A stretch of 64,000 nt of DNA from Lama guanicoe (GCA_013239625.1 MU053881.1:4175957-4239956), one strand, 5' to 3'. Numbered from the stretch's first letter, positions 40,657-52,964 are shown. Notes: generated from the letters alone by a model not told the origin. Program-made: numbers and translations.

Positions 40657-41060
40657 TACACAGAAAATACAGTCAGAAAGGCAGGGAGAGGACCATGACA
40701 TAGTCTTCAGAACAATAAGAAAGAAGGAAAATTAAAGGAGTAGTAGTAATAGAATATTAAATGTGACAGCGTGTTCAGAAAGAAGAAAGAAAAAAGAAAA
40801 AAACAAAAAACGTGGACCATGGAGACAGAAGTTTCAATAGCACTGTGAAGATGGGCCCAAAAAGAGTGTATTAAATTTCAACAAGTATTGAGTAAGTGCC
40901 TTCTGTGTGCCAAGCACTGGGTTTAAGGAAGGAAACGGGCTGGAATTAGCAATGGGTATGCAGTAAAGATTGGAGACGGTAGGATGTAAAAGGGAAGGAA
41001 GAAGTCTACACTTTTTAATAGTTATCTAAGTGGATTCTTACCAGAGGATTTCAAGAAGGT

Positions 41061-41080
41061 TCATCCTGTGTAATCCGAGT
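41061..41080 (-). CDS. C5orf47: C5orf47 last coding segment (exon 4 = 41042-41080; stop TGA at 41063-41061)
   Basis: tgttgttcctag|AC TCG GAT TAC ACA GGA TGA...CTG|gtaaga completes (N)SDYTG*, similar to the recalled human C-terminus SSNYTR*. Phase matches exon 3. The donor 19 nt after the stop implies a further non-coding exon. Confidence 0.85.
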
Positions 41081-42382
41081 CTAGGAACAACATAAAATGT
41101 AAGGAAAATTCAAATTAGTCTTTGGCACTGGCTTTCTCATTAATAAATATATATTGATGAATAAGAGTTATAATACATTTTAAAAATATAATTATTAGTT
41201 TTTATAATATGGCTTAAAATTGCAATTAAAAAAGGATTTACGTTACCTTTTGTTTATAAGAGGGTATTTCTAGAAAACACAGCATATTATTTTAAGTTAT
41301 TTAAATCCTTAGGTCATTTGATGTTTAGCAGAAGGCCTACTGCTGAGGCACAAGAGAACCCGACAAGCTCAAGATTATGGCTAGAGCAAAATCAGACGTA
41401 ATCTAGTATGTTTATTCAAGTAATTGCATCTGGATTAACACTCAGAAAAAAAGTTTGGGTTTTTTGCACATTTCTCTGTCTATTCAAACGTCCTTTTCAC
41501 CTATGAAACCACTGGCTACTTTTTCCCTCCTAAGTCCCTCTCCTGCCTCATTCTTCTTCCTAATTGGATGAGAAAAGTAAAGCAGAGCACCACTAATGTG
41601 AATATTAGTTTATATGCCATTATTGCAAACAATGTGTGTTATTACTGATGCAATATTACAGGAAGAGTGATGAGGTTCCAGTGTTAGACTGCTCACAAAA
41701 CCCGGCAATCTGTTCTGCTTATTATCTTATGAAAATATTCTTCACAAAATCTAATTCTGCAGATTTACTCTCTGTCAAAATAAAACTTGTCATTGAATGA
41801 CTGCACTAAAAACTTACAGAAGCACGATAACATATATATTAGGATAGGCATAGGAAGGAAAGAAAACAACTTATGATTCACCAATTTATGTGGCATTATT
41901 AGTTACATAAGTTTTATCCAACTTAACTGTTTGAGAATCCAGAACTTTCAACCACTTTAATAAACACACTAGATCACATCCAATTTTGCTCTGGCCACAA
42001 TATCAACTCAATACTGATGCAGCTTTAGAACATGTTTTGATTTATGAGTTGTTTTCCAGGAATGAAATAATGACATCAGGGCCATAATTCAAGGGCAGAT
42101 TTTGTTAAATGCACTAGATTGGACAGCAGCATCACGAAAAGGAAGTGGAAGTACAAAGCAACACAAAATGTACACTTCTAGAATGCAGATTAAATGTTTT
42201 TCTTCATCAATATGGATGAGTTTTGTAATCTGCATTAAAAAGTTGGCATCAAATTCAGATTTAATACACAAGCACGTTCCCTTCGCTTGGTGAGGTCCAG
42301 TCAACATGCACCCCTGCACCCTCTCACTCATACCCACACCTGCAGTCCACTCCTCACTCACAGCTCCACAATGCTCTGTACT

Positions 42383-42740
42383 TTCTTTTTTTTTTAATTA
42401 AAGTATAGTTGATTTACAGTGTTGTGTTAGTTTCTGGTGTACAGCATAGAGATTCAGTTTTATATACATATGTATGTGCATATATACATTCTTTTTCATT
42501 ATAGGTTATTACAACATGTTGAATACAGTTCCCTGTGCTCTACAGTAGGATCTTGCTGTTTATCTATTTTATATACAGGAGTTAGTATCTGCAAATCCCA
42601 AGTTCCTAATTGACCCCTCCCCTCGCTTTTCCTTTTGGTAAGCGTAAGTTTGTATTCTATGTCTGTGAGTCTGTTTCTGTTTAGTAAATAAGTTCATTTA
42701 TGTCATTTTTCAGATTCCACACGTAAGTGACATCATCAAC
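42383..42740 (-). mobile_element. L1 3' end (cetartiodactyl-type) in C5orf47 intron 3
   Basis: Poly-T then AAAGTATAGTTGATTTACAGTGTTGTGTTAGTTTCTGGTGTACAGC...AGATTCCACACGTAAGTGA, the reverse complement of a typical artiodactyl L1 3'UTR. Confidence 0.85.
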
Positions 42741-42895
42741 TATGGCGAACAGTGATAATATGGTAGCCTTGTTTCTACAGCTCTATACATTGAACGTGAC
42801 GATTAGGAAAACTACTGGTCTAACGTGATCCAAGGGTAACTAAACTGTTAGAGAAGCCAGTCTTCTTTAATACAATAAAAATTGTGTTCACTTAC

Positions 42896-42995
42896 TTCCA
42901 CCAGATAATTGTTGAGATTTCAGCCTGAGTCTATATTTTTCATTTTCTTCAAGCATTTTACAAATGACTTTGTACACTCCATTCCACACTGAAGC
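42896..42995 (-). CDS. C5orf47: C5orf47 coding exon 3 (100 nt)
   Basis: ttttaag|GCT TCA GTG TGG...GGT GGA A|gtaagt encodes ASVWNGVYKVICKMLEENEKYRLRLKSQQLSGG, matching the recalled VWNRVYKVISRMLEENEKYR. Phase 0 to 1. Confidence 0.94.
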
Positions 42996-44307
42996 CTTAA
43001 AAAGATAAGCATAGTTAAGGAACACTGAGCAGAGAACCAAGGAATACATTTCGATACAGTCAACTGTGCTGCATGCCAACTTGGTATTATCATTATAAAG
43101 CAATCTTACACTTAGAGACTAAAACTTAAACATAACTGTTTTCCCATGATCACTGAATTCTCTGATATCTTTTTCCAACTTCCGAGCATTCCTCTCTGTA
43201 GTATTTAAATTAACTGTCCTGGATGAAGTCTTCCTTCAAAGGCAATGTCCATAATGTCCTGTGGTTTCAACATATTCACTTTTGTTTTGAAAGGTAATAA
43301 AGATAGTGAGTTTCTATTCATTTGTCTAAACCACTGGGCAGTGATTTATTTGTGTATTTTATTCCAGTTAATTTTTAACCTTTCTCCTAGGACACACCAA
43401 AGCAAACGCACTAGAGAGCATGAATATACTTGAAGAGGAAGAACGCGGACCATGGAAGCAAACAAATAGATTCGGGCTCAAATTCTGGCTTTGCCACTTA
43501 AACCAGTCGCTTGACACTGGGCGAGTGTTCTGATCTCATCTAGGAACGACTTCACACGTTGGGTTATTAGAAGGAATGAAAAGTATATGTAAACCACTTA
43601 CCCCACTGTCCGTTTGGCACACAGTAGGTGTAAGTATATACTGGCTATTGCCCAAGAGGAACTGGTTATTGAAAGATTTCTCAGTATAATGGGAAGGTTA
43701 AATGCCCCCACTCAAAGCACACCTGCTGCAAGGCTTAGTCACTTGGAACGCTACTTGACACTACACATGGATTAGAAATCACACTCAAAGCTCAGAAACA
43801 ATATGGTTTCATGGGCTGCTTTCAACTAACAATTTCTCTAACCTGAAGAGTAAAATACATGGCGGGAAACAAAGATTAGTAGAGCAGCTGAGCTTGAATA
43901 TGTTTAAACCATTCCAGTTACCATGGCATCTGGACAACCAGAGATGAAAATAGAAAATGGTTCATTATAAAGGTTCACGCTTGTCAGCTTTTCTGCTTGA
44001 AACTTAACGCACATCCCTTGCCTTTAAAAGAGCAATGTGACACCAATACGGATACATTATTCTTCTCTGTGAAATCCATGATTTTCTTATGTTACACTAT
44101 CAGTTTGTTATATTCTATGGGACATGTATTTTCATGCTTTGAAAAAGCTCCCAGTCGGTTACATTTTGGTTAAAATTGTTTTATATCTTCAAACACTGGA
44201 AAGACTATGGCATTACTTTTCCTGTCCTGAGTATCTTCACACCTTTGTATTTAAACAGGTTAATCTAAAATTCAAAATATCACTTATTCCCCTTTACAAT
44301 AATATAC

Positions 44308-44393
44308 CTTTTTCTTTTTCTTCATTATTTTGGAAGCTTCATTCAAAGGTATGGGGAAGTCAAACTTTTTAGCCAAATCCTCCTGAGTTAAAC
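44308..44393 (-). CDS. C5orf47: C5orf47 coding exon 2 (86 nt)
   Basis: aaattag|GT TTA ACT...AAA AAG|gtatat encodes (G)LTQEDLAKKFDFPIPLNEASKIMKKKKK, matching the recalled C5orf47 DFPIPLNEASKIMKKKKK segment. Phase 1 to 0. Confidence 0.93.
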
Positions 44394-45820
44394 CTAATTT
44401 TAAAAGAGGAGATTGACAAGGTAACATATCAAGGTTAGCACATACTTTAAAGGACTCACTATCCTGAGAGTAGACAATTATAAATGTCTCTTGAGTTCTA
44501 TTTTGAACCTCTTCGTCTGTTTTTCAAAGCGCTTCATTTCCAATCCACTGTCTTAGTGCTGGACTGTCACACGTCTCTTTGATCTGTCTGTGTTAATGCA
44601 ATCAGGCTTTTTACCCGATGCATTTTATTCTTTCCTTACTTCCTGCTCTCTCTGCTTTAAAGTTGAAGAGTTCACCACCACCACCGCCACCACCACACTC
44701 TGTCCAATTCCTAGAATAAATCTTTCATCTGTTCTTGTTATTCAAAGGAGCTGGAAACCTAGTGCTAAGGTGTCTCGTGCTACCCCTGAATTTTTAAATC
44801 AGCAGCATAGCGGCAAAAAAACAAACAAACCAACCAACCTTGAGCGCCTTTTAACTATGGAATCTTTGGAGTGGTATGAAGTCTAAAACAGCGCCCCTGA
44901 TGAAGAATCTCTGAAGGCTTCCCACCATAGCTCACTCCCAGGAGCCAATCAAGTTACACAGAGTACAGCTTTACACTTCTAAATTATCCAACTAAATGTA
45001 AGTAAGTTAAATTATCAAAGTAAAATTCAGTAAGTTCTGAAAGGATACCAAACAAAATATTTATATATTTCTTAACTTGGACTCGAGTCTTGTCTGCCTC
45101 CAATTTATCTCCGGTACACAGCGTGAACTAAATAAATCTTCCCCAACACTTCTCTTGTTCGAAACCTTTCAATGCAGAATTTCTGGGTAGCTGAACACAA
45201 TGCCCAGTGGGGTAACCAACTTCCCAAATTTCTCCCCAAACAACTTTACATTACAAAAATTCTACAGAAAACCACACACTCTGTATTACTTGAAAACAGA
45301 GAACGCTGAAACTGCAAAATAAACTAAGCAAAATGAGAAAAGTTGTTAAACTGCGGTACTATGATCCCATCTGCTCCAACATCACCCTAAGCAGGGCTTT
45401 GCAGCCAGCAGGGGAGAGAAAGGAAGGAACCTAGAAAAGGTGCCTGCAGGAGAGCTGGAGCAACCAACAGAAAGATTAAATTCACCCTAAATGTGAAAAT
45501 ACTAAAGCATAACCAGGCAGATCTCAACACAGACTACCAGGAGCATTTCAATGTGCAATTTAAAAGGCGAGATACCACATAAAGCACCAAAAGCATGCAA
45601 TTTAATGGAACCAACTTGATTAAGGTAGCATGCATGATTTAAAGGGACAAGTATGACTTAAACGGACAGTCTTCTAATCTCATGGCTTTTAGAGAAGAAA
45701 AAGAACAAAAAGGAAAGCTCATAAATTAGGTCACAAAGAAAACATCGGTAAGATATATAAAGTGGAGACATTACAAACAACACTCTGAGCACAATGCAAG
45801 AAAACTAGAGTTTACTAGCC

Positions 45821-45851
<31 letters not shown>

Positions 45852-45855
45852 AAGG

Positions 45856-45905
<50 letters not shown>

Positions 45906-45907
45906 AG

Positions 45908-45939
<32 letters not shown>

Positions 45940-45970
45940 GGAAAGGAAAGAAAAGAAAAAAGAAAAGAAA
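45821..45970 (+). repeat. ~150-nt poly(A)/A-rich low-complexity tract
   Basis: Directly visible; long pure A runs followed by GAAAA repeats. Confidence 0.95.
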
Positions 45971-47994
45971 GTCCTGGAAATTAAAAAATTAAATCTATTT
46001 AGCAACTCTAGATTCAAAGCGGTAATACAAACTGAAATTACAAAAATAAATTTAATAGTGACAATAAAAACACTACATATTAAAATCTATGGAATCTAAA
46101 GTAGTGGTTAGAAAAAAAATTCCTTGCACTAAACACTGTTATCAATAAAAAGGAAGAAAAAATAAATGAGTTAAAAATCTTGCTCAAAATGAAAGCATAA
46201 AAATAACAAAATAAACCAAAAGAAAACACATAAGGAAATATTTTATCTGTAGTATATATCTTTATTTATTATTTTCTTTATATCTTTAGTATTTATTATC
46301 TAGTCTAGGAGTCTAGAGAAACAAAATACCTAATTAACAAACAAAATTCCTGAATTTAAAAAAATTAATAAAATAAAACATTGGCTAACTTGATCAAGAA
46401 AAAGAAGAAAACACATATATGAAAAAAATGAAAAGGGTGAAATAACGATTGAAACACAAGAAATTTTTAAAAATCATAAGACACTAATTTGCAGACCTCT
46501 ATGCAAATAAATGTTTAAAAATCTACATGAAATGGATAATTTCCTAAGAAAATACAGGTTACCAAAATTGACCCATTAGAGTTAGAAAGTATGAAGGGAC
46601 CAATTTCCATAGAAGTTACAGAGAAAATTATTAAGGAATTAGCCCATAAAAAGCACTAGACCCAGATGGTTTCACAGAAGAATTCTACCACATCTTCAAA
46701 TATCAGATAGTCCCAATATTCTCTAAATTATTCCAGAACATTGAAAAGAAAGGAAAAATTCTTAATTCCTTTTATGAACTAAATATAACTGACACCTAAG
46801 TCAGATGAAGTACAAAGAAAAACTATAGATAAATCTTTCAAACACCAATGCAAAAATCCTAAATAAATTATTAGCAAACAGAGTCCAACAATGTTAAGAA
46901 AATAGTACATCATAACCACATGGGATATATTTCAGGAAGGCAAAGTTGTTTCAAGCTTAGGAAATCCACCTGTATCATACGCCATATTAATAAATCTAAT
47001 GGAAAATATATCTCCACAGATCTAAGAAAGCCTCTGACAAAATTCAACACCCATTCATGATAAAAACACGAAAGAAAATAAAAATTGAGGAATACAGTTT
47101 AATGTTTTAAATATATATGCTTTAGTCTTAAAGCCAATACCTTATTTAATGGGAAAATACTAGAAGCATTTCTTCTAAGATCAGAAACAAGGCAAGGATG
47201 CTATCTCCACTACAATTCAACATTATACTCATAGTATTAGCCAACGCAGTTAGACAAACAAGTCAATTGGAGGCAGAAAAACGGGTTAAAAAGAAATAAA
47301 GTGATCCATTTACAAATAATATACCTGGAAAATCTTGAGTATCAATGATAAAACTAACCCAAATACTAAAAGAATTCAGCGAAGTCCTGGGATCAGAAAT
47401 TAACATAAAAACCCCAATAGGCTAACTGAAAGAAGCCAGTCACAAAAGCCCACATATTGTATGATTCCATTTATACTAAGTATCCAGAATCGGCAAATCT
47501 ACGGAGACAGAAAGTAGTTCAGTGTTCGTTTACAGCTGAGGTTGAGGGGAGGGGAGGGCAGTGACAGGGGATGGTGAGTGACTAATGGTCACAGGATTTC
47601 TTTTGGGGAGGTAGTAAAAATGTTCTAAATTGACTGCGATGATGGTAGCACAACACTGTAAAAACCACTGAATTATCTACTTGGGTAAACTGAGTGGACT
47701 GTGAACTGTATCTCAATAAACTATTAATTTTTTTTAAGCATGGGTAGAGGAAAGGACTTTTTGAGTTGATGGAAATGTTTTAGATCCTGATTGTGGTGGG
47801 ATACTACCAGGTGGATAACTTTCTCAAATCTCCTCAACATTGTTATTGCTATTGTTTTATCAAGACGCTTTATATACACAATTAATGAACATTTGGAGGA
47901 CATTATGCAAGAAGGAAACCCCATGTACAGCAGCAGAGAAGATCAACTACCTAGGAATAAATTTACACAATATACAAAAAATCCTACAGGATAT

Positions 47995-48140
47995 GGAGGC
48001 ATAGCTCAGTGGGAGTGTGTGTGCTTAGCATGTGCAAGGTCCTGGGTTCATCCGCCGGTACCTCTATTAAAAAAAAGAAAAAAAAAGAAAAGAAAAAGTA
48101 CTTTCCTCAAATAATAAAAAGTAAGTACCCCCTTCCCCAA
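47995..48140 (+). mobile_element. Second, more diverged copy of the same tRNA-derived SINE
   Basis: GGAGGCATAGCTCAGTGG...GCTTAGCATGTGCAAGGTCCTGGGTTCATCC followed by an A-rich tail; aligns with the 36878 copy. Confidence 0.85.
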
Positions 48141-48339
48141 ATCTGACAAATATAAAAACGACAACAGAATATTACAGGAATTCCTCCTAGATTCAAAACA
48201 AGACTTAGGTGCTAAAATAAAATAAAACTATTTTAAAAACTTATAGAAAGAAACTTTTAAAATATAAAACATCTGAGAGACACAAAAGTAGAGGGAAAAT
48301 GGAAAGACGTCGTCTCCCGTTCTCAAAGAGGAGATGACA

Positions 48340-49067
48340 TCATTTTGACGACGCCGGTTCTCCTCGGGCTAACTTGTAAACTCAGTGACTCCTGAAAGGC
48401 ACATGGACAAGCAAGCCGAGGCCCCCCTCGCTCTGAGGGGCTTCAGGGACCCCATCCAACAGCCTCTCGTCTCAGATTCCGACCTCAGGGCTCAGTTTCG
48501 GGCCTTCCCGTGCAGGCGGCGCCCTCCGGGGCAGCCCCGAAGCGCGGGCCCGGCCCGGTCCCTCCGTCCAGGCTGACAGGAGGGCGGAGCCGGCCGCCGA
48601 CGGCCCGAGCGGCCCCCCGGGGAAGGCTGACAGGAAGCCGACCGCCCGGGCACCAGGACGCCCGGCAGGACGGCTGCCCAGGGGGACGGACGCCAGCCGG
48701 CCATCCCCACAGACCCCGAGGCCCCGCCCGCCCGGCCCCTCGCGGCCCCTGCACGCCGCCGCCGCCGCCCGCGGCTCCTCTCGGCTGCGGCCCGCCCCGA
48801 GCCCGGGGCTCCACCGGCCCTGAGCCCGCCGGCCGCCCAGCCGCAGGACGCTGCCGCACTGGTGCGAGCCGAAGCGGGTCACGTAGACGAAGCGCGCCTG
48901 CTCCCGCTCCCGCTCTCGGCCGGCCGCCGCCATCGCTGCCGTCGTCGGGTACCGCCGCCAACTGCCCTCAGCCACCGGCGAAGAGCGACTGGGGCCGGGC
49001 GACGCCGGGAGGAGGGGGGGACCCGGGAGTGGGACCTCGGCTGAGAGGTGGGGGGAGGGGACTGCAG
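48340..49067. promoter_or_regulatory. CpG island over the C5orf47 promoter/exon 1
   Basis: Very high GC and CpG density relative to the CpG-depleted flanks; contains GGGCGG/CCGCCC boxes. Confidence 0.9.
48654..48933 (-). CDS. C5orf47: C5orf47 orthologue coding exon 1 (3' boundary uncertain)
   Basis: ATG at 48933 gives MAAAGREREREQARFVYVTRFGSHQCGSVLRLGGRRAQG..., matching the recalled C5orf47 N-terminus (ARFVYVTRFGSHQC). Similarity is lost near 48750; 48654 is a weak phase-1 GT donor (CTG|gtgccc) compatible with exon 2. Confidence 0.75.
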
Positions 49068-49388
49068 NNNNNNNNNNNNNNNNNNNNNNNNNNNNNNNNN
49101 NNNNNNNNNNNNNNNNNNNNNNNNNNNNNNNNNNNNNNNNNNNNNNNNNNNNNNNNNNNNNNNNNNNNNNNNNNNNNNNNNNNNNNNNNNNNNNNNNNNN
49201 NNNNNNNNNNNNNNNNNNNNNNNNNNNNNNNNNNNNNNNNNNNNNNNNNNNNNNNNNNNNNNNNNNNNNNNNNNNNNNNNNNNNNNNNNNNNNNNNNNNN
49301 NNNNNNNNNNNNNNNNNNNNNNNNNNNNNNNNNNNNNNNNNNNNNNNNNNNNNNNNNNNNNNNNNNNNNNNNNNNNNNNNNNNNNNNN
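49068..49388. other. Assembly gap (321 N)
   Basis: Run of n characters. Confidence 1.
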
Positions 49389-49480
49389 GGGGGGGGTGCA
49401 GAGCTAAGGGAACAGACCACTCGGGCGGGAGCGGGGGGGGGTGCAGAGCTGAGGGAACAGACCACTGGGGTGGGGCCCGG
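49389..49480 (+). repeat. G-rich tandem repeat, ~45-bp unit, 2 visible copies abutting the gap
   Basis: GGGGGGGGTGCAGAGCT(A/G)AGGGAACAGACCACT repeated with period 45 (TGCAG at 49397 and 49442). Confidence 0.85.
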
Positions 49481-49487
49481 GGGACTC

Positions 49488-49833
49488 TAGAAAAAGAACC
49501 AATGGAGGGGGTGTGCATGTGTTCGTAGACAAGTCCAAAATCTTCTAGGTTAGCAGGTCAGAGATCCAGGGAAGAATGGATACTGGAGTTCAAGTCTGAA
49601 GACCATCTGCTAGCTAAATTCACCCTTCTTCAAGAGGTCATTTTTTTTTTCTATTTTTTCTACTAAGGCCTTCAACCAATTGGATGAGGTCCATCCACAT
49701 GATGGAGAGTAATCTGTTTTACTTAAAGTCTACCGGTTTGAATGTTAATCTAATCTGAAAAATGCTTTCACAGAAATGTCTAGAATGTTTCACCAAATAT
49801 CTGGGTAAGTTAACACATAAAATTAGCCATCAC
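49488..49833. mobile_element. MLT2-like (ERVL) LTR fragment
   Basis: GGCCTTCAACCAATTGGATGAGGTCCATCCACATGATGGAGAGTAATCTG...AAGTTAACACATAAAATTAGCCATCACA is a typical MLT2 terminus. Confidence 0.75.
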
Positions 49834-49834
49834 A

Positions 49835-52420
49835 ATGTGGTATTGCCTTCTCGTAATTTGCATTTCCCTGATGCTGTATGAAGCTGAGCTCATTGGCGAT
49901 TGGATATTATCTTTTGCGTTTTAATCTGTTGTCTGTTTCTATTTGGGGTTCTTATCTTGTTCTCATTCATTAAGAGGAATTCTTTTTCTATTCTGTATTT
50001 TAGCTATTGGTTATTTGTATGTATTGCAAATTTTTTCTCATCTGCGCTTCACCTTTTTATTCACATTATGGACTCTTAATAAATAAAAAATGTTAACTTT
50101 AATGTGGTCAAATATATTAATATTTTTCTTTAGGATTATACTTTTTGTGTTTGGTTAAATAAATCTTCACCTATTCCAAGATATTCTCCTAGAAGTTATC
50201 TTCTAGAAGCTTTATTATTTTGCCTGCACATCTGGAACTAGTTTTTATGAATAGTATGATACAGTGTGTCAAGATTACTCATTTGTCCATGTGGGTATCC
50301 AGCTGACTCTGACTAAAACCTCCAATACGAGGTTGACTACAAATGATACAAATGATGGTAGTGAACATCCTTGTCTTGTTTCTGATCTCAAAAGGAAGTT
50401 TCAGTGTTTCACTATTAAGTTTAATATTTGCTGTAGGTTTGTTTTTGGTCATATCATTTAACAGATTAAGGAAGTTCCATTCTATTTTTAATTTTCTAAG
50501 AGTTTTTGGTAATAAATGGGTGTTAAATTTTATCCAATACTTTTGCTATAATCTATTGAGATGATTATATGATTTTACTTCTCTGTTTTGTAAATATGAT
50601 GAGTTACGTTAATTGATTTCTAATGTTAAACCAACCATGCATTTTGGAATAAATCCTACTTGTTTATGACAGCTCATCAATTGATATGTTAGGTGTACTT
50701 CTAAATTTGATCTGTTAATACTTTGTTTAGACTTTTTACTTCTACGTTCATAAGAGAGAATGACTTCTTTCTTCTGTATTTGGTAGAATTCACCCATAAA
50801 GACATCTTGGTGTGGAGCTTTCTATGTGAGACATTTTTAGTAACTATAGGATTGCTTAGATTTCTATTTCTTTCGGGGTCAGTTTCAATAAATTGTGTTC
50901 TATGAATTTTTTCATTCTTTTTAGCCTTTAAAACTTTATGGCAAAAAAAAGTATTCAAATATGCTTTCATTTTCTTCTTAATGTCTCTAGGAGCATTGTG
51001 ATATCCCCCTATTCATTCCTGATATTGATAATTTATGCACTTTTTTTTATTTGGTCTCAGCAGTAATTTACCAATTTTATTAATCTTTTCAAAGAATCAA
51101 TGTTGGCTTTGTTGATTCCCTCTGATGTTTTCCAGTTCTTTTTTAACATCCTGTGGCAGTATCAAATTCAAGGTTTTTTTCTTTCAGCACTTTGAAGAAA
51201 TTCTATCGTCTGATGAGTTCTACTATTTCTTTTGAGAAGTCAGCTGTCAGTCCTATTTCTGCCCCCACTGGAAAGTAATGCATTCTTTTTTCATCTGCTT
51301 CCTTTTCAGATTTTCTTTTTGTCTTTGCTTTTCAGCAGTTTAACGTCGACAGGACAAGGCATGATTTTCTTCGTATCTGTCCTGCTTAGACATCATAGTG
51401 CTTCTTGAATATGTGATTTTATAGTATTTACCGGTTTTGGTGAATTCTACGCCATTATTTTTTCAGCTATTTCATCTACTCAAGTCATGACTCACCGCTA
51501 CACATGTTAAATCTTTTTACTCTGTTCCATGTATCTCTCTTGCTCTTGTCTGTAGTTTCCATCCCTGTTTCTCGAAGCTTCTATCTGGTTATTTTCTACT
51601 GATCTGTATGGCAGTTCACGAATCCTCTCTTCAGTACTAATCTGCCTTTAAACTCCCTCACTGAGTTCTAAATTTCAGTTATTATGTTTTTCATTTCTAG
51701 AATTTCCATTTCCGTCCTCCCAAATTGTCTTCTTCAGAATTGCTCAGAATCTTTTCTAGAACATATTGATCAGAGTTATTTTTAATACCACTATGGTGAC
51801 TGCACTAATTTTTTCCCCTCTCTTGTTTTTTGCTATTTGACTTTTGAATCCTCTTTTGATGGGGAGTTTTTTTGTTTGTTTGTTTGTTTAGTTAATTGAC
51901 AGACACTGTACATTTAAAATTTTGGAGATTATCTGAGGGTTGGGATGATATTATCTTTCTCCATGGAGGATTTACTTTTGTTTCTGGCAGGAAGTTAAGG
52001 TAGGGGGAGTTCATCTTAATCCTATCAGGAACTGAGTTATTTATAGCTTGGCTTCAGTCTTTATATAAGCCGGTGTATGTCTTGTTTGACCTTACTCTTT
52101 AGAGTATAGCTCTTCAGGTGTCCCAACTTAAAGTCCAGGACACTTACTAGGACCCTCCTGGGCTGGCCCTGGACTCCAGGTTTTATTCCTTTAGCCCATG
52201 AGACTGCCTGTAGCTCTGCTCAACTTCCAAGCCTCTAGGCTGCCACTCACAAACCAGCAATGCCCAGTGTGGGGAGCTACGCTGAATACTGAGCCATCGC
52301 ACTGCTTTTCTTGTCCCTGGGATCTGGGCCCTCAGGGTCTTACCACTGCAATAGCTCTTGAATTCTTCTGAACAGATTTATTTTCCTTTTTCATCCAGTG
52401 TTTGATTTTTTTTCTTGGTG
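49835..52420 (-). mobile_element. Old antisense L1 fragments
   Basis: TTGCATTTCCCTGATG, GTGAACATCCTTGTCTTGTTTCTGATCTCAAAAGGAA, GGTAGAATTCACC, GAGAAGTCAGCTGTCAGTC motifs. Confidence 0.72.
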
Positions 52421-52964
52421 AAGAGACAACAGATGTAACACAAACTAGAGCCCCCTGGCCAGAGCAAGAATGGGACAAATGTAGGGTGGACTGTGGACTG
52501 ACGCCACTGAGCCTCACGAGGCTGCGCACATGGAACAGTCACAGAGCTGACTGTCACCTGAGGCCCTCCTCGTGCTCCGCTAGAGATCAGCACAGATGGA
52601 TGCCTGCGGGATGACCAGCAGGTTGCAAGAGAGCCTGGTGGGGGAAAGAACCTTCTCACCATTCAGGTCTCGGCCCGTAGGCCCCTCCTGAGAGCACCCA
52701 CCCTGGGTCCCTCTCTCCAGAGCAGCTCCTGTCCCTAGTCCCTCCCTCATACATGGTCTTCACCCCAATCTGAAATCGTCTTTCCTATTCAGTGGTTTAT
52801 GTGTTTATTGAATGGTATGGTACCCTCGCCCCACAATCCCCACAATTGCTACATGAAATGAGGACCCTGACCTTTTTGTTCCCACAGCGTGTACTCAGGT
52901 GCCTAACACAGTGCCTGTCACACACCAGCATTCCACATTCATTTACTGTATTAATAACAAAATA

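Larger units (their letters stand above)
45450..48330 (+). mobile_element. Degenerate L1 ORF2 remnant in C5orf47 intron 1, with a nested L1 3' end (~47420-47725) and SINE
   Basis: Motifs ATGAAATGGATAATTTCCT, GACCCAGATGGTTTCACAG, TGACAAAATTCAACACCCATTCATGATAAAAAC, AACAAGGCAAGGATGC; many stop codons. Confidence 0.8.

Noticed and set aside
48472..49518. Long ORFs (326-348 aa) across the CpG island
   Set aside because: Inflated by the N gap and by stop-codon scarcity in GC-rich DNA; only the segment from ATG 48933 is supported as C5orf47.
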